Positions 34,072-43,736 of a stretch of DNA of 64,000 nucleotides are shown here, piece after piece; position 1 is the first letter of the stretch, and each line of letters opens with the position of its first letter. This DNA is from Candidatus Obscuribacteraceae bacterium (GTDB taxonomy: Bacteria; Cyanobacteriota; Vampirovibrionia; Obscuribacterales; Obscuribacteraceae). Made by a program: the position numbers and the translations under genes. The stretch covers positions 448,001 to 512,000 of the forward strand of contig JBGAHS010000001.1 of assembly GCA_044226015.1 (NCBI GenBank), given 5' to 3'. The notes beneath the pieces were generated by a model. That model searched no databases. It was not told where the DNA came from and was given only the letters and a program-made list of their open reading frames with translations.

Positions 34072-36930
34072 TTAACCGGTGCTCTGTAGACCTGCCGCCA
34101 CGCCGTTTATTGCCATAAGAATAGTTTCGAGCAGGTAATCTCGCTCATCGGAATTCACCAGGGCAACGCCTGTTTCTTTCATTTGCCTCTGGTGCTCATC
34201 GCGCCATTCTTTTATGAATCGCACCTGCAAGTAGCTCAATGGGTCTACGTAAGGATTTCTCAATGCGATTGACCGTTGCAAAAATGGATTGTCCGAAAGC
34301 AGGCTATCGTGCTGAGAGATCGAAAAAACTGTAGAACGGCATCGTTCGAACTCATCAATGATTCGTTGTAAGTATTTTTCCTGAAGTGCTTTGTCTTTCA
34401 CGAGTGTGTTCGCGTAGAAGCGAGCTATGTTCATGTCGGTAACTGCAAGTGCAGTTTCAATTTTAGAGATTAAGACGTGGAACATCGGCCACTCCGCATA
34501 GAGTTTGCGCATGAACTCCAGTCGTTTTTCGCCGTGCTTTTCTATTTGCTTTTGATACGCGGTGCCGAGCCCATACCAGGCAGGTAAAATGAATCTGCTT
34601 TGGGTCCAGGCGAATACCCATGGAATCGCGCGCAGATCGCCAATTCCCTGGCTGCCTGTTTTTCTTCTGGTTGGACGCGAACCCATCCTCAAATGCGAGA
34701 TTTCATTAATTGGAGTCGCTTGCTGGAAGAAACGTACAAAATCACTGTCACCATAGACGATACTGCGGAAGCTCTCGAAGGCGTCTTGTGAAAATTCCTC
34801 CATGAAAGCTGCCCATTCTGCCGGCTCTGATGCATGCTCATTGCCGCTTGCGTCTTGAATTGATGTTTCCAGAACCGCGGCAGCAAGTTGTTCAAAGTTT
34901 CGAACTGCAATCGTGTGCAGCGAATATTTTGCTGAAATCACTTCGCCCTGCTCTGTGATTTTAATTCTGCCCGCCACTGTGCCTGGAGGTTGCGCCATTA
35001 TCGCTCTGTGGGTGGGTCCGCCTCCTCGCCCGATTGTGCCGCCTCTGCCATGAAAGAGCCGCAGTTTTACCTGATACTTGTTTCCAATCTCGACGAGTTG
35101 CTTTTGTACTTTGTAAAGCTCCCAGTTGGATGTTACGATGCCGCCATCCTTGCTACTATCGGAATATCCGATCATGATTTCCTGGACCTTGTCGCGCTTT
35201 GATAGATACTGGGAATAAACTGGATTGCTCAGCAGCTTCTCGAGTATCTCGGCTGATCTTCGAAGGTCACCTATTGTTTCGAACAGTGGCACAACGCTTA
35301 CACTTCTATTTGGATGGGCGTCGGTAAAAAATCCAGCTTCTTTTGCAAACAGCAGAATACATAGTAAATCGCTGGTTTCTTGCGTCATGCTGACAATGTA
35401 AGTGTCGAGTGCCTCCGTGCCATATTTGTCCTGGCACTCAGCCATACAACGAAATACCTCAATGGTATCAGCTGTTTCTTTTGAGAAGTTCAGTTCATGC
35501 GGAATTAGTGGACGTTGTTGGCTGAGTTCCTGTCCAAGGAACTTAATTTTTTCGTCTTCATTGAGATTCGCATATTGACCATCATTGATGCCGATAGCTT
35601 TGCATACTTCATCTAGTGCGCTGAGGTGTCTTGAGCTGTGCTGTCTGATATCCAGTTTCGCAAGGTGGAAGCCAAAGATATCGACGGTATCAATTACTGA
35701 CTTCAAGCTGCTTGTACCCAAGTTGCATCCGCTCAGATTCAGGCATTCCAGTATGGTGCATAAATCGCTTCGGAAGGCAGCAGGTGCATCATAATGCAGT
35801 TCCTTTGTACAGGGTTGATCAGCATTCAATGCCTCCAGGCTGTTTTTGATCTTTTCGTGCATTATTAGAATGAGCTGCCTCAGCGGCTCATGTATCAGTC
35901 TTTGCTCAATTCTGTCTTTTACTTCCTGGGGAAGTGCGTCAAAATCTCGTTCGACTGCGGTGCTTAGCTCCGGTGTGACTTTCACCCAATTGTCAGAGTG
36001 GCTGAATTCGTTAAACAGCGAATTCAACTCCTTCAAGTAGCGATTCAAGATCAAGTTGCGCTGATAGACTAGAGCTTTCTTTGTAATTTCCGTGGACACA
36101 AACGGGTTGCCATCGCGGTCTCCACCGATCCACGACCCGAAAGTGGTGAATCTCTTTACCGGATAGTTTTTGTCTTCTGATATGGAATCAAGCTTTTGGC
36201 GCAATTCTGCGTGGAGTTCGAGTATCGCATCAATAACAACATGTTCAAAGTGATAAAGTCCGTACCTGACTTCATCCAATACAGTTGGTTTGAAGTACAT
36301 TACATGGTCGCTGAGCCAGAGCGTCTCGACGGTAGATGCTAACTGCTCGTTTATTGCCTCGTGCTCACGTCTTGTAAGTGGCGGATGGTCCCTTCTATAA
36401 AGACAGTTTGCAATAGCCAGCTGCTTTAGAAACACTGTTCGTCGCGTGATTTCTGTAGGGTGCGCAGTAAATACAACCTGCACATCCATATTATTTATGG
36501 CAGCCTTTAGTAGCTCATCATTGCATTTTGCCTGCGCGTAGACACCCTGCAGGGAATCTTCCTGTGTAGGGCTGTTTGCAATGTTTTCAAGTTCGGACCG
36601 CCGACGAAGTCGGTGGTGTTGTTCCGCGATATTTATCAGGTCAAAATATGTAAGGAATGCTTTTATTATTTTTGTTCCGGTACTGAAATCTACGTTCTCA
36701 ATCAGATTTGACAGTTCTTCTTTCTGAGCTGATTCAGGATTCTCATGTAATTCCTTACATAGTCTTCTGAATTGCTCAACCTTTGCAAAAACTTCCTCTC
36801 CATCTATCCTGCGGATAGTGTCGCCAAGCAGCGTTCCGAGAAATCTAATGTCATCACGTAATGGGCGATTTTTTTCAACAAGCTCCCACGGAATACTTGT
36901 TTCAGCCTGTTCTTTGACGATTTCAGCCAC
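34072..36930 (-). CDS. ppc: Phosphoenolpyruvate carboxylase
   Basis: VFTAHPT, SWIGGDRDGNP, VVPLFET, MIGYSDSSKDGG, FHGRGGTIGRGGGP, LRAIPWVFAWTQ, LRNPYVDPL. Confidence 0.97.
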   Translation of the reverse strand: MAEIVKEQAETSIPWELVEKNRPLRDDIRFLGTLLGDTIRRIDGEEVFAKVEQFRRLCKELHENPESAQKEELSNLIENVDFSTGTKIIKAFLTYFDLINIAEQHHRLRRRSELENIANSPTQEDSLQGVYAQAKCNDELLKAAINNMDVQVVFTAHPTEITRRTVFLKQLAIANCLYRRDHPPLTRREHEAINEQLASTVETLWLSDHVMYFKPTVLDEVRYGLYHFEHVVIDAILELHAELRQKLDSISEDKNYPVKRFTTFGSWIGGDRDGNPFVSTEITKKALVYQRNLILNRYLKELNSLFNEFSHSDNWVKVTPELSTAVERDFDALPQEVKDRIEQRLIHEPLRQLILIMHEKIKNSLEALNADQPCTKELHYDAPAAFRSDLCTILECLNLSGCNLGTSSLKSVIDTVDIFGFHLAKLDIRQHSSRHLSALDEVCKAIGINDGQYANLNEDEKIKFLGQELSQQRPLIPHELNFSKETADTIEVFRCMAECQDKYGTEALDTYIVSMTQETSDLLCILLFAKEAGFFTDAHPNRSVSVVPLFETIGDLRRSAEILEKLLSNPVYSQYLSKRDKVQEIMIGYSDSSKDGGIVTSNWELYKVQKQLVEIGNKYQVKLRLFHGRGGTIGRGGGPTHRAIMAQPPGTVAGRIKITEQGEVISAKYSLHTIAVRNFEQLAAAVLETSIQDASGNEHASEPAEWAAFMEEFSQDAFESFRSIVYGDSDFVRFFQQATPINEISHLRMGSRPTRRKTGSQGIGDLRAIPWVFAWTQSRFILPAWYGLGTAYQKQIEKHGEKRLEFMRKLYAEWPMFHVLISKIETALAVTDMNIARFYANTLVKDKALQEKYLQRIIDEFERCRSTVFSISQHDSLLSDNPFLQRSIALRNPYVDPLSYLQVRFIKEWRDEHQRQMKETGVALVNSDERDYLLETILMAINGVAAGLQSTG

Positions 36931-37040
36931 TTTTCACCCACTTTGAATTCACCGCTATGCGGTTCTGAGGAGAGAACAAAGGGGCATTTTACTGGTTCAG
37001 CTTTGCAAGTTCAACCGAGCTATCGAAATGCGCGCCCAGA

Positions 37041-38636
37041 TCATTCTGCGTGGGCGCTGAGAGGACCCTCTGCCTTCTTCATGAAGAAGATTGCCATCGC
37101 ACCTAGTACCAGTGAGATTGCAATTGCTATGAATGCATCGTTAAATGCCATAACATAAGACTCCTTGCGTACCTGATTCGCTAGCAGCTGCAGTGCCTGC
37201 TCATGCGATGACCATGCACTTGCACCGGTATGAGCCATTTTTTGCGAAACGGAATAGAGAAACTCTCTTACATTTGGGTCCGATTCGCTGATTCGCTCCA
37301 TCAACCTTGCAGAGTGAAATTGCTCCCTTTGTGTTACGAGCGTTGCAGCTAGCGCTGTGCCAATTGAACCACCAAGATTTCGCATCATATTAAAGAGCGC
37401 TGAAGCAGAGCCGGTTTGTTCCTTTTCCAGTCCGGCGGTCGCCATAGCTGATAGTGGTGTGATTATGAATGGCAGTCCCAGCGCTCTGACAACCATTGCA
37501 AAGATTAGCTGTTCCCCGGCATAATCGTGGCTCATGAATCCGTTAAGACCGCAGCTGATAGCAAACATCACGAGCCCGTATGCAATTAGCATTCGCGGGT
37601 CGATTTTTTTCATGAGAATTGGAACTAGTGGTGTTATAAGAAGTTGCGGCAAGCCCGACCACATCAATACCTGTCCAATCTGCGATGCACTGTAGCCATG
37701 TACTATCGCCAGGTACAGTGGTAAGAGATAGACACTTCCATAGAGCGCGAGTCCTAGAGTTATGTTTGCAAAAGTGCCAAAGCCGAAGTTGCGCCTGATT
37801 AGCAGTTTGAGATTGACCAGTGGGTATTTTGCCAATAGCTCTCTAATCGTGAATAGTGTAAGGGAAATTGCGGCAATTACCGAGGCTAATCTAATCTCTT
37901 CTGAGCCCAGCCAATCTTTTCTTTGACCCTCTTCTAGTACAAAAATAAGTGAGCTGAGCCCTGCAACCATTGTGATGATGCCTGCAAGATCATGTTTCTT
38001 CAAAACGTCTAGCTGCATTTTTGACTTTGGAAGCGAGTACATCAGCATCGCAATTAGTATTGCCCCTGGTATCAGATTCAAGTAGAAGATGTAGGGCCAG
38101 CTGAACGTATCTGTAATGTAACCACCTATGGCAGGACCGATAGATGGCGCGAAAGTCGCGGAGATGCTGAAAATTGCCAGTCCTATTGGTTGTTTTGAGG
38201 GTGGCAGCATTTCCAAAATGGTGGAAAAACACATTGGTATCAATATGCCACCGGTGAAGCCCTGCGCGGCGCGACATACAATCATTGTCGTCAGGTCGTG
38301 GGCGGTGCCACATAAAATTGAAAACAGAACGAATAAAATAGCGTTTACGACGATGTACAGACGAGGCGAGAATACTCTCGACAGCCAACCTGTCAGCGGA
38401 ATGGTTATGATCTCTGCGATTAAGTAAGAAGTTGATATCCAGCTTCCTTCATCAACGCTTGCTCCCAAGCCACCCTGTATATCACGAAGCGAGGAAGCGG
38501 TAATTTGAATATCCAGAACTGCCATAAAGGCGCCGATGGATGAACCAATTACCGCAATCCAGTTTTTTAGTGGAACCTTGTCTTCGGAATTTGAAGAACT
38601 CATTGGAGGTTTAGTTTTTGTTGCTGAGCCTTTCAT
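37041..38636 (-). CDS. emrB: DHA2 family MFS multidrug efflux permease (EmrB/QacA)
   Basis: FMAVLDIQI, WISTSYLIAEII, RAAQGFTGG, APSIGPAIGG, FNMMRNLGGSIG; ~14 TMs. Confidence 0.9.
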   Translation of the reverse strand: MKGSATKTKPPMSSSNSEDKVPLKNWIAVIGSSIGAFMAVLDIQITASSLRDIQGGLGASVDEGSWISTSYLIAEIITIPLTGWLSRVFSPRLYIVVNAILFVLFSILCGTAHDLTTMIVCRAAQGFTGGILIPMCFSTILEMLPPSKQPIGLAIFSISATFAPSIGPAIGGYITDTFSWPYIFYLNLIPGAILIAMLMYSLPKSKMQLDVLKKHDLAGIITMVAGLSSLIFVLEEGQRKDWLGSEEIRLASVIAAISLTLFTIRELLAKYPLVNLKLLIRRNFGFGTFANITLGLALYGSVYLLPLYLAIVHGYSASQIGQVLMWSGLPQLLITPLVPILMKKIDPRMLIAYGLVMFAISCGLNGFMSHDYAGEQLIFAMVVRALGLPFIITPLSAMATAGLEKEQTGSASALFNMMRNLGGSIGTALAATLVTQREQFHSARLMERISESDPNVREFLYSVSQKMAHTGASAWSSHEQALQLLANQVRKESYVMAFNDAFIAIAISLVLGAMAIFFMKKAEGPLSAHAE

Positions 38637-40048
38637 TATCTTAAACCGGATGCAATAGCCTGTGTGCTTTCTTGCTCTCTAAGAGCGACACTGGTGACTA
38701 CTGAAAGACCTGGTGCCAGCCGATCCTCGAACCCTTTGATGGAGCCCGGTGCAAAGAGAATTTTTACCGGGACTCGTTGAACAATTTTGGTGAAGTTGCC
38801 GGTTGCATTATCTGAGGGCAACACTGCGAAGCTTGCTCCGCTAGCAGGTGAGAAACTCTGTACTTTGCCTTCGAATTTGTGATCTGGAAAGGAATCGATT
38901 TTGATTTCTACTTCCTGACCTGATTTCATTTGCTTCAGCTGTGTCTCTTTGTAGTTTGCTACAACCCACAGGTCGTCGGAGACTATAGTTAGCAGAGGCT
39001 GCCCGGGCTCGATTCTTTGACCTTCCTCAACCGTTTTCTTGCCGATGCGTCCAGATGTTGGTGCGATTATTTTTGTGTACGACAAGTTCAATTCTGCTTC
39101 GTGCACGGCGGCCTTTGCTGCAGCGATCGCAGCCAGGTCAGTTTCAAACTTGCCTTGATTTACTTCGGTCTGCACAGCACTCGCTTTTGCTAGCTGGACT
39201 TGAGCTTCAGCCTTGGTCAGGTCTGCCTTACTTGTTTTGACTGATTGTTGAGCTTGAACAAATCTTTCAGTTGCCTGTGTAATTACTTCGCGTGCTGCAT
39301 CTCTGTTTCCGAGCGCAACCAAATAGTCCCTTTTAGCGGCATCTTTTTGGCTGGTGCTAATTGCCCCTTCTTTTTCAAGTGTCGCAAACCGCTTGAAGTC
39401 CGCCTCTGCTCTTGTTAGCTCAGCTTCCTTTGCTGCAAGCTGAGATTCAGCTGACTGAATACTTGCCTGAGTTTCGCGTACTGCGGCTTCAGATTTTTGA
39501 ATTGTTGCAATTGCATTATCAATGCTTCCCTGCGCATCTGCACTTTGCCCTTTTGCGGTGGTGTCTTGAAATGTGACCGATTTCCCTGCTGCTTTTGCTT
39601 GTTGTTCAGCCTGAAGCAAGTTCGCCAGTGCCTGATCGACTTTGACTTTGTAGTCTTTGGGATCTAATAAAACAAGTAGCTGACCAGCTTTTACATGTTG
39701 ATTATCGTCAACCAGCACCTTCTCTACAGTGCCATTAACTCGTGTACTTACTTGGTGCAGGTGCCCTGTCACGTAGGCATCATCAGTTTCTTCATGACTG
39801 CTTATGTGTTGAAACGCTCTGTAAGCAGCGACTGCGCCAGCGCTTAAGACAGCTGTTAGTAGCGCACCAATTAGTATTGCTTTTAAAAGTTTTCCACTTG
39901 GCTTTTTCTCATTCGGTGGCATGCCTTCCTTTTTGTTTTCTGTTGCTGGTTCAGGAAGGCTGGTTTCTGCAGTCACAATCCTGATGCGACCCTTCGCGCA
40001 GTTCATGCCGAAGTTGGGATTGTTCATTCCGCTATATGCAATTTCCAT
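38636..40048 (-). CDS. emrA: HlyD/EmrA family membrane fusion protein
   Basis: TM anchor, ETDDAYV, lipoyl half-motifs, ANYKETQL, NATGNFTKIVQRVPVKI; stop overlaps emrB start by 1 nt. Confidence 0.9.
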   Translation of the reverse strand: MEIAYSGMNNPNFGMNCAKGRIRIVTAETSLPEPATENKKEGMPPNEKKPSGKLLKAILIGALLTAVLSAGAVAAYRAFQHISSHEETDDAYVTGHLHQVSTRVNGTVEKVLVDDNQHVKAGQLLVLLDPKDYKVKVDQALANLLQAEQQAKAAGKSVTFQDTTAKGQSADAQGSIDNAIATIQKSEAAVRETQASIQSAESQLAAKEAELTRAEADFKRFATLEKEGAISTSQKDAAKRDYLVALGNRDAAREVITQATERFVQAQQSVKTSKADLTKAEAQVQLAKASAVQTEVNQGKFETDLAAIAAAKAAVHEAELNLSYTKIIAPTSGRIGKKTVEEGQRIEPGQPLLTIVSDDLWVVANYKETQLKQMKSGQEVEIKIDSFPDHKFEGKVQSFSPASGASFAVLPSDNATGNFTKIVQRVPVKILFAPGSIKGFEDRLAPGLSVVTSVALREQESTQAIASGLR

Positions 40049-40224
40049 ATTCCAATCTCCATGCTCGCGCTGAGACAGAGCTCGGCTCTGTGTCGCAAGC
40101 GATTCAAAACTTAGATTTGCTGACCGCGACCGAGGAAGCCTTTGTTCGACGCACTGGTCATCTCTTACTTTTCTACTTTAAGACCACTAGACCGATTGGT
40201 CCAATACGTGTATTTGATGGAATC

Positions 40225-40241
40225 GATAGTTAATACCTATC
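40225..40241. promoter_or_regulatory. LysR-type binding site (T-N11-A within ATAG-N7-CTAT)
   Basis: GATAG-TTAATAC-CTATC dyad between divergent emrA and lysR. Confidence 0.65.
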
Positions 40242-40356
40242 AATCGTCCCAATCAAGGTAGAATAGTCTCAGGCGGACTTTTTCTGCAAAATGCTCGTCC
40301 ATAGTACCCTTTGGGATATCTGCCAGAACTCTTGGAATGCTCGGAGCAAACAAAAG

Positions 40357-41244
40357 ATGGAATTGCGACAGCTCAGATACTTCATTCGGGCGGCAGAGTT
40401 ATTGAACTTCACCAGGGCTGCCGAGTCGCTTTATGTTTCGCAGCCTACGCTCTCCGTTCAGATCAATCAGTTGGAAAAAGAGCTGGGTACTGAATTGTTT
40501 TCACGAGTCGGACGCAGTGTTCGGCTAACGGAATCTGGGCGCGTGTTTTTGAAACGCGCAAGGCAAGTGGTTAAAGAACTAGAAGAAGGCAGCCAGGAGA
40601 TTGACGCGATCAATGGCTTGTTGCGCGGCAATCTTTGTTTGAGTTCTCTTCCTCTATATGGAAGTCGACTCCTCTCTGGGTGGGTGTCCATGTTTGTAGA
40701 GCAACATCCTGGTATGTTTTTGCGCGTTAAACCTGGCGCAAGCGAAGACATCGAGGCTGGGCTTCTTTCAGGGGCGGTGGATCTTGGATTTACAATATTG
40801 CCCATTCAGCACAGCGAACTCAGCTTTAGAGAGCTGCTCAAGGATGAAATTGTGCTTGTGGTGGCTGATACTCATGTGCTTGCTGATAAGTCAGAAATTT
40901 CGCTGAGGGATTTGCATGATTTGCCGATGGCTTTGCCGTCCGAACGAATTGCTGCAACGCAACTATTGACCAAATATTTTGATGAGCACAAAATAGTCCC
41001 GCGCATAAGCCTGAGTTACGATGATGGACACGCACTTCTTGAGCTTGTGAAAAAAGGACGATTTGTTACTTTCCTGCCCAAATGGGGCGTTAAAGGGCTT
41101 CCTGATATTAGAATCTTTCCTCTGCCTGGCCTGGGGGTTGATATCACCGCTGGTGCTGTGTGGGCAAATCTCTCTGCTGCAGCAAAGGCTTTTTTAGATT
41201 TGGCAACAGAGCAGGCGACGCTTTTGCAAAGCGAAATGAGCTGA
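40357..41244 (+). CDS. LysR family transcriptional regulator (CynR/GltC-like)
   Basis: MELRQLRYF..NFTRAAESLYVSQPTLSVQINQLEKELG..LF.R; start ATG 40357. Confidence 0.93.
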   Translation: MELRQLRYFIRAAELLNFTRAAESLYVSQPTLSVQINQLEKELGTELFSRVGRSVRLTESGRVFLKRARQVVKELEEGSQEIDAINGLLRGNLCLSSLPLYGSRLLSGWVSMFVEQHPGMFLRVKPGASEDIEAGLLSGAVDLGFTILPIQHSELSFRELLKDEIVLVVADTHVLADKSEISLRDLHDLPMALPSERIAATQLLTKYFDEHKIVPRISLSYDDGHALLELVKKGRFVTFLPKWGVKGLPDIRIFPLPGLGVDITAGAVWANLSAAAKAFLDLATEQATLLQSEMS

Positions 41245-41258
41245 TCTTTTCGTGCTTA

Positions 41259-43403
41259 TTACTGCGTAGTTGGGCTGAACTCGGTAAACGCATTGAATGG
41301 AATTGATTTGCCTTGTGATGCCAGGGCTTGCGTCAAGATTTCCATGTTGAATGAATGTACGCCATGGGTCAAGCTGTATGTGTCCATCAAGTTGCCTTCT
41401 ATGCGCTGAAGGTTTTCCGCTGCGAGCTTTTCTGCCACCTCGAACTTTCCTTCTTTTAGAAATGCAAACGCAATTTCGGCATCGAGTTGGCTCGAATACG
41501 TTGCAGGAATTTTGTTGAGATCAGAATCGAGAGCTTTTGCCTTCTTTAGCTCTTTAATTGCTTTCTCGTACTGACCACTGTTCAAATAAATTGAAGCGAT
41601 ATTCCGATGAGCCATAATCATTGATTCAAAATCAGGATTTTCCGCTTTGCTTAAGACATCCAGTATTACGCGGTGGTATGAAATAGCAGCAGCACTTTTG
41701 GGATTGAGCTGATAGTTCGTATACGCAGCTTCCCAGAGCATTTTGAGGTCACTCTCACAAAAGCTTCGCTTCAAAGTCTTCGCTGCTTTATTGAACCATG
41801 TTTCTGCTGCCTGATAGTCTGGCAGCGCCTGTGCGTTTTGCATCATTCCTGGAAAGGATGGATAAAGTTTGCGGCTGCTCAGTTCAAGGGTCTCACTGTT
41901 TCCCGTTGGATACCAGGTTGCAAAATCTCTTCTTGCGCCGAACTCGTCAAACATATCTCGCAAATATAGTTCGCCTACGAATGTCTGCAACTGTGCCATG
42001 TTGTGCTTAAATCTGTTGCCGCTTGCGAAGGGATGCTGCCAGGCGTATAAAAGAGCGGCTCGCTGTGCTTTGTCCTCTGCTTTATTTACATGGAACATTG
42101 CATGATCCATCTGCTTTCTATGCGGACCACGCCAGGGCATCATTTCCTGAGAGAACTGAGGAAATTCATTGAACGTTGCCATTGGTGGGGTCTCGTTCAT
42201 CAGATTGAGAGCATGCCCCATTTCTTGCTCTGCTTCGTGCTTTAGTCTAAAAGGCTCAGACTTAAAACCAGGTCCATACGCTAATGCTCCTACAACAACA
42301 CCTGCAAGAACTGTGTATGCTGCCATTATTCTTACTTTGCGTTTTTGGAACATTTCCTTCTTTCCGACCTTCAGCGCTTTTCTCTCAGTTTCTTGCTGCG
42401 CTGTTTTTCCGTTGTCTGCCAGACCTGGCAAATTGGAAAGATCGTTTGCTGCAAGTTCAAGATCTAATTCGAGATCTTCTATTGCAAAATAGCGAGCGCT
42501 CCTGTTTTTTTCAAGGCACTTCATCAACACTCTTTCGATAGAATCTGATATTTGCCAGCCTGATTCTTTCAATTTTGAAGGCTTCAAATTCAGTTGTCGC
42601 AGAATAGCGTGCACCTGGCTATGCCCGCCAACCAATGGGCTGCCTGTTAATGCTTCATGCATTACAAGCCCCATAGAATAAATGTCTGAACGTGCATCCA
42701 GTGCAAAGCTCAGGCACTGTTCGGGGCTCATGTAATTAGGACAACCATCTTTGCTCGACAGCTTCAGATATTCCAGTCGTTCAACTTCTGTCAAAGCGCC
42801 GGCGATGCCGTAGTCAACGACTTTGATGAAATCATGCGAAGTGAATTCGAGGTCTTTGGTATCAACAAGAAAAATATTTCCGGGTTTCAAATCTCCGTGC
42901 ACAATATTGTGATGATGCAAGCTTTTCAAGGCTTGAGTCAATTGTCGAAATATATCGATGAAGCGCTGACCTTGAAGCAGTTCACCGGCGGCAATCATGT
43001 CTTTGAGGGTCTTGCCTTTTATGTGATCGGTCACTATGTAAATTGAGCCATCTTTAGTGCGTCCGCAATCATATATGGTGGCAAGGTATGGATTGCTAAC
43101 CTGCGAAGCGGCTCTCAGTGAATTTAGTAGACGCGTTGCTGCAGCTTCGGTGCGATAGAGATCTTGAGAGATTATTTTGAGAGCAAAGCTGCCGTTTAGT
43201 TTGTCATTCTTTGCCTGGTAGATTCGTGATGCTGACCCTTCGGCAATCAAGTCACCAAGTTCAAAATCACCAACCATTTTGCGTGATGCTGCCTCGGGTT
43301 TCGCTACTTCGTTCGAGCCCTCAGGTGCTTCTTTGATCTCAACATTCTCGACGAGGGTGACCTCAACCACTTCAACCTTTTCCTCGATCGTGCTATCTCC
43401 CAT
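41259..43403 (-). CDS. Non-RD Ser/Thr kinase with TM helix and TPR-like C-terminus
   Basis: FALK, HGDLKPGN, DYG, YMSPE, SDIYSMG; degenerate Gly loop IAEGSAS; AGGAG before ATG 43403. Confidence 0.85.
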   Translation of the reverse strand: MGDSTIEEKVEVVEVTLVENVEIKEAPEGSNEVAKPEAASRKMVGDFELGDLIAEGSASRIYQAKNDKLNGSFALKIISQDLYRTEAAATRLLNSLRAASQVSNPYLATIYDCGRTKDGSIYIVTDHIKGKTLKDMIAAGELLQGQRFIDIFRQLTQALKSLHHHNIVHGDLKPGNIFLVDTKDLEFTSHDFIKVVDYGIAGALTEVERLEYLKLSSKDGCPNYMSPEQCLSFALDARSDIYSMGLVMHEALTGSPLVGGHSQVHAILRQLNLKPSKLKESGWQISDSIERVLMKCLEKNRSARYFAIEDLELDLELAANDLSNLPGLADNGKTAQQETERKALKVGKKEMFQKRKVRIMAAYTVLAGVVVGALAYGPGFKSEPFRLKHEAEQEMGHALNLMNETPPMATFNEFPQFSQEMMPWRGPHRKQMDHAMFHVNKAEDKAQRAALLYAWQHPFASGNRFKHNMAQLQTFVGELYLRDMFDEFGARRDFATWYPTGNSETLELSSRKLYPSFPGMMQNAQALPDYQAAETWFNKAAKTLKRSFCESDLKMLWEAAYTNYQLNPKSAAAISYHRVILDVLSKAENPDFESMIMAHRNIASIYLNSGQYEKAIKELKKAKALDSDLNKIPATYSSQLDAEIAFAFLKEGKFEVAEKLAAENLQRIEGNLMDTYSLTHGVHSFNMEILTQALASQGKSIPFNAFTEFSPTTQ

Positions 43404-43490
43404 AGTACACTCCTGACTGCAAACAAAAAGCAAGGCATGAATTTATTATGCCCTGCTTCCAAATTATGCGCTCTAGCCGTGGATTAAATG

Positions 43491-43724
43491 CTAATCCTCG
43501 ACATAATTATCCCAATATTCGGTACGTTCTTTCCACGAACAGCCTTCATTGCCGCATATGAGAGTAACCACCGAGCTGCTCGACTCCGTGTGCGAGTCAC
43601 CTGCGCCATCCCAGACAGAATCCATTTTTTCGACATATTTGTCGAATTGCTTCACGGGCTTGGCACATTTGGGACAAATCAATTTTTCGTCTTTGATTAT
43701 TTGCTTGAATGATGCGAGCGACAA
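43491..43724 (-). CDS. Small Cys-rich (Zn-ribbon-like) protein
   Basis: CPKC ... CGNEGC; AAGGAG RBS before TTG; directly downstream of dacB. Confidence 0.65.
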   Translation of the reverse strand: MSLASFKQIIKDEKLICPKCAKPVKQFDKYVEKMDSVWDGAGDSHTESSSSVVTLICGNEGCSWKERTEYWDNYVED

Positions 43725-43736
43725 ATCTAATTCTCC

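Noticed and set aside
37041..41244. EmrAB-LysR as exporter of the PKS product
   Set aside because: Separated from the cluster by ppc and two unrelated genes; a common stand-alone module with no linking evidence
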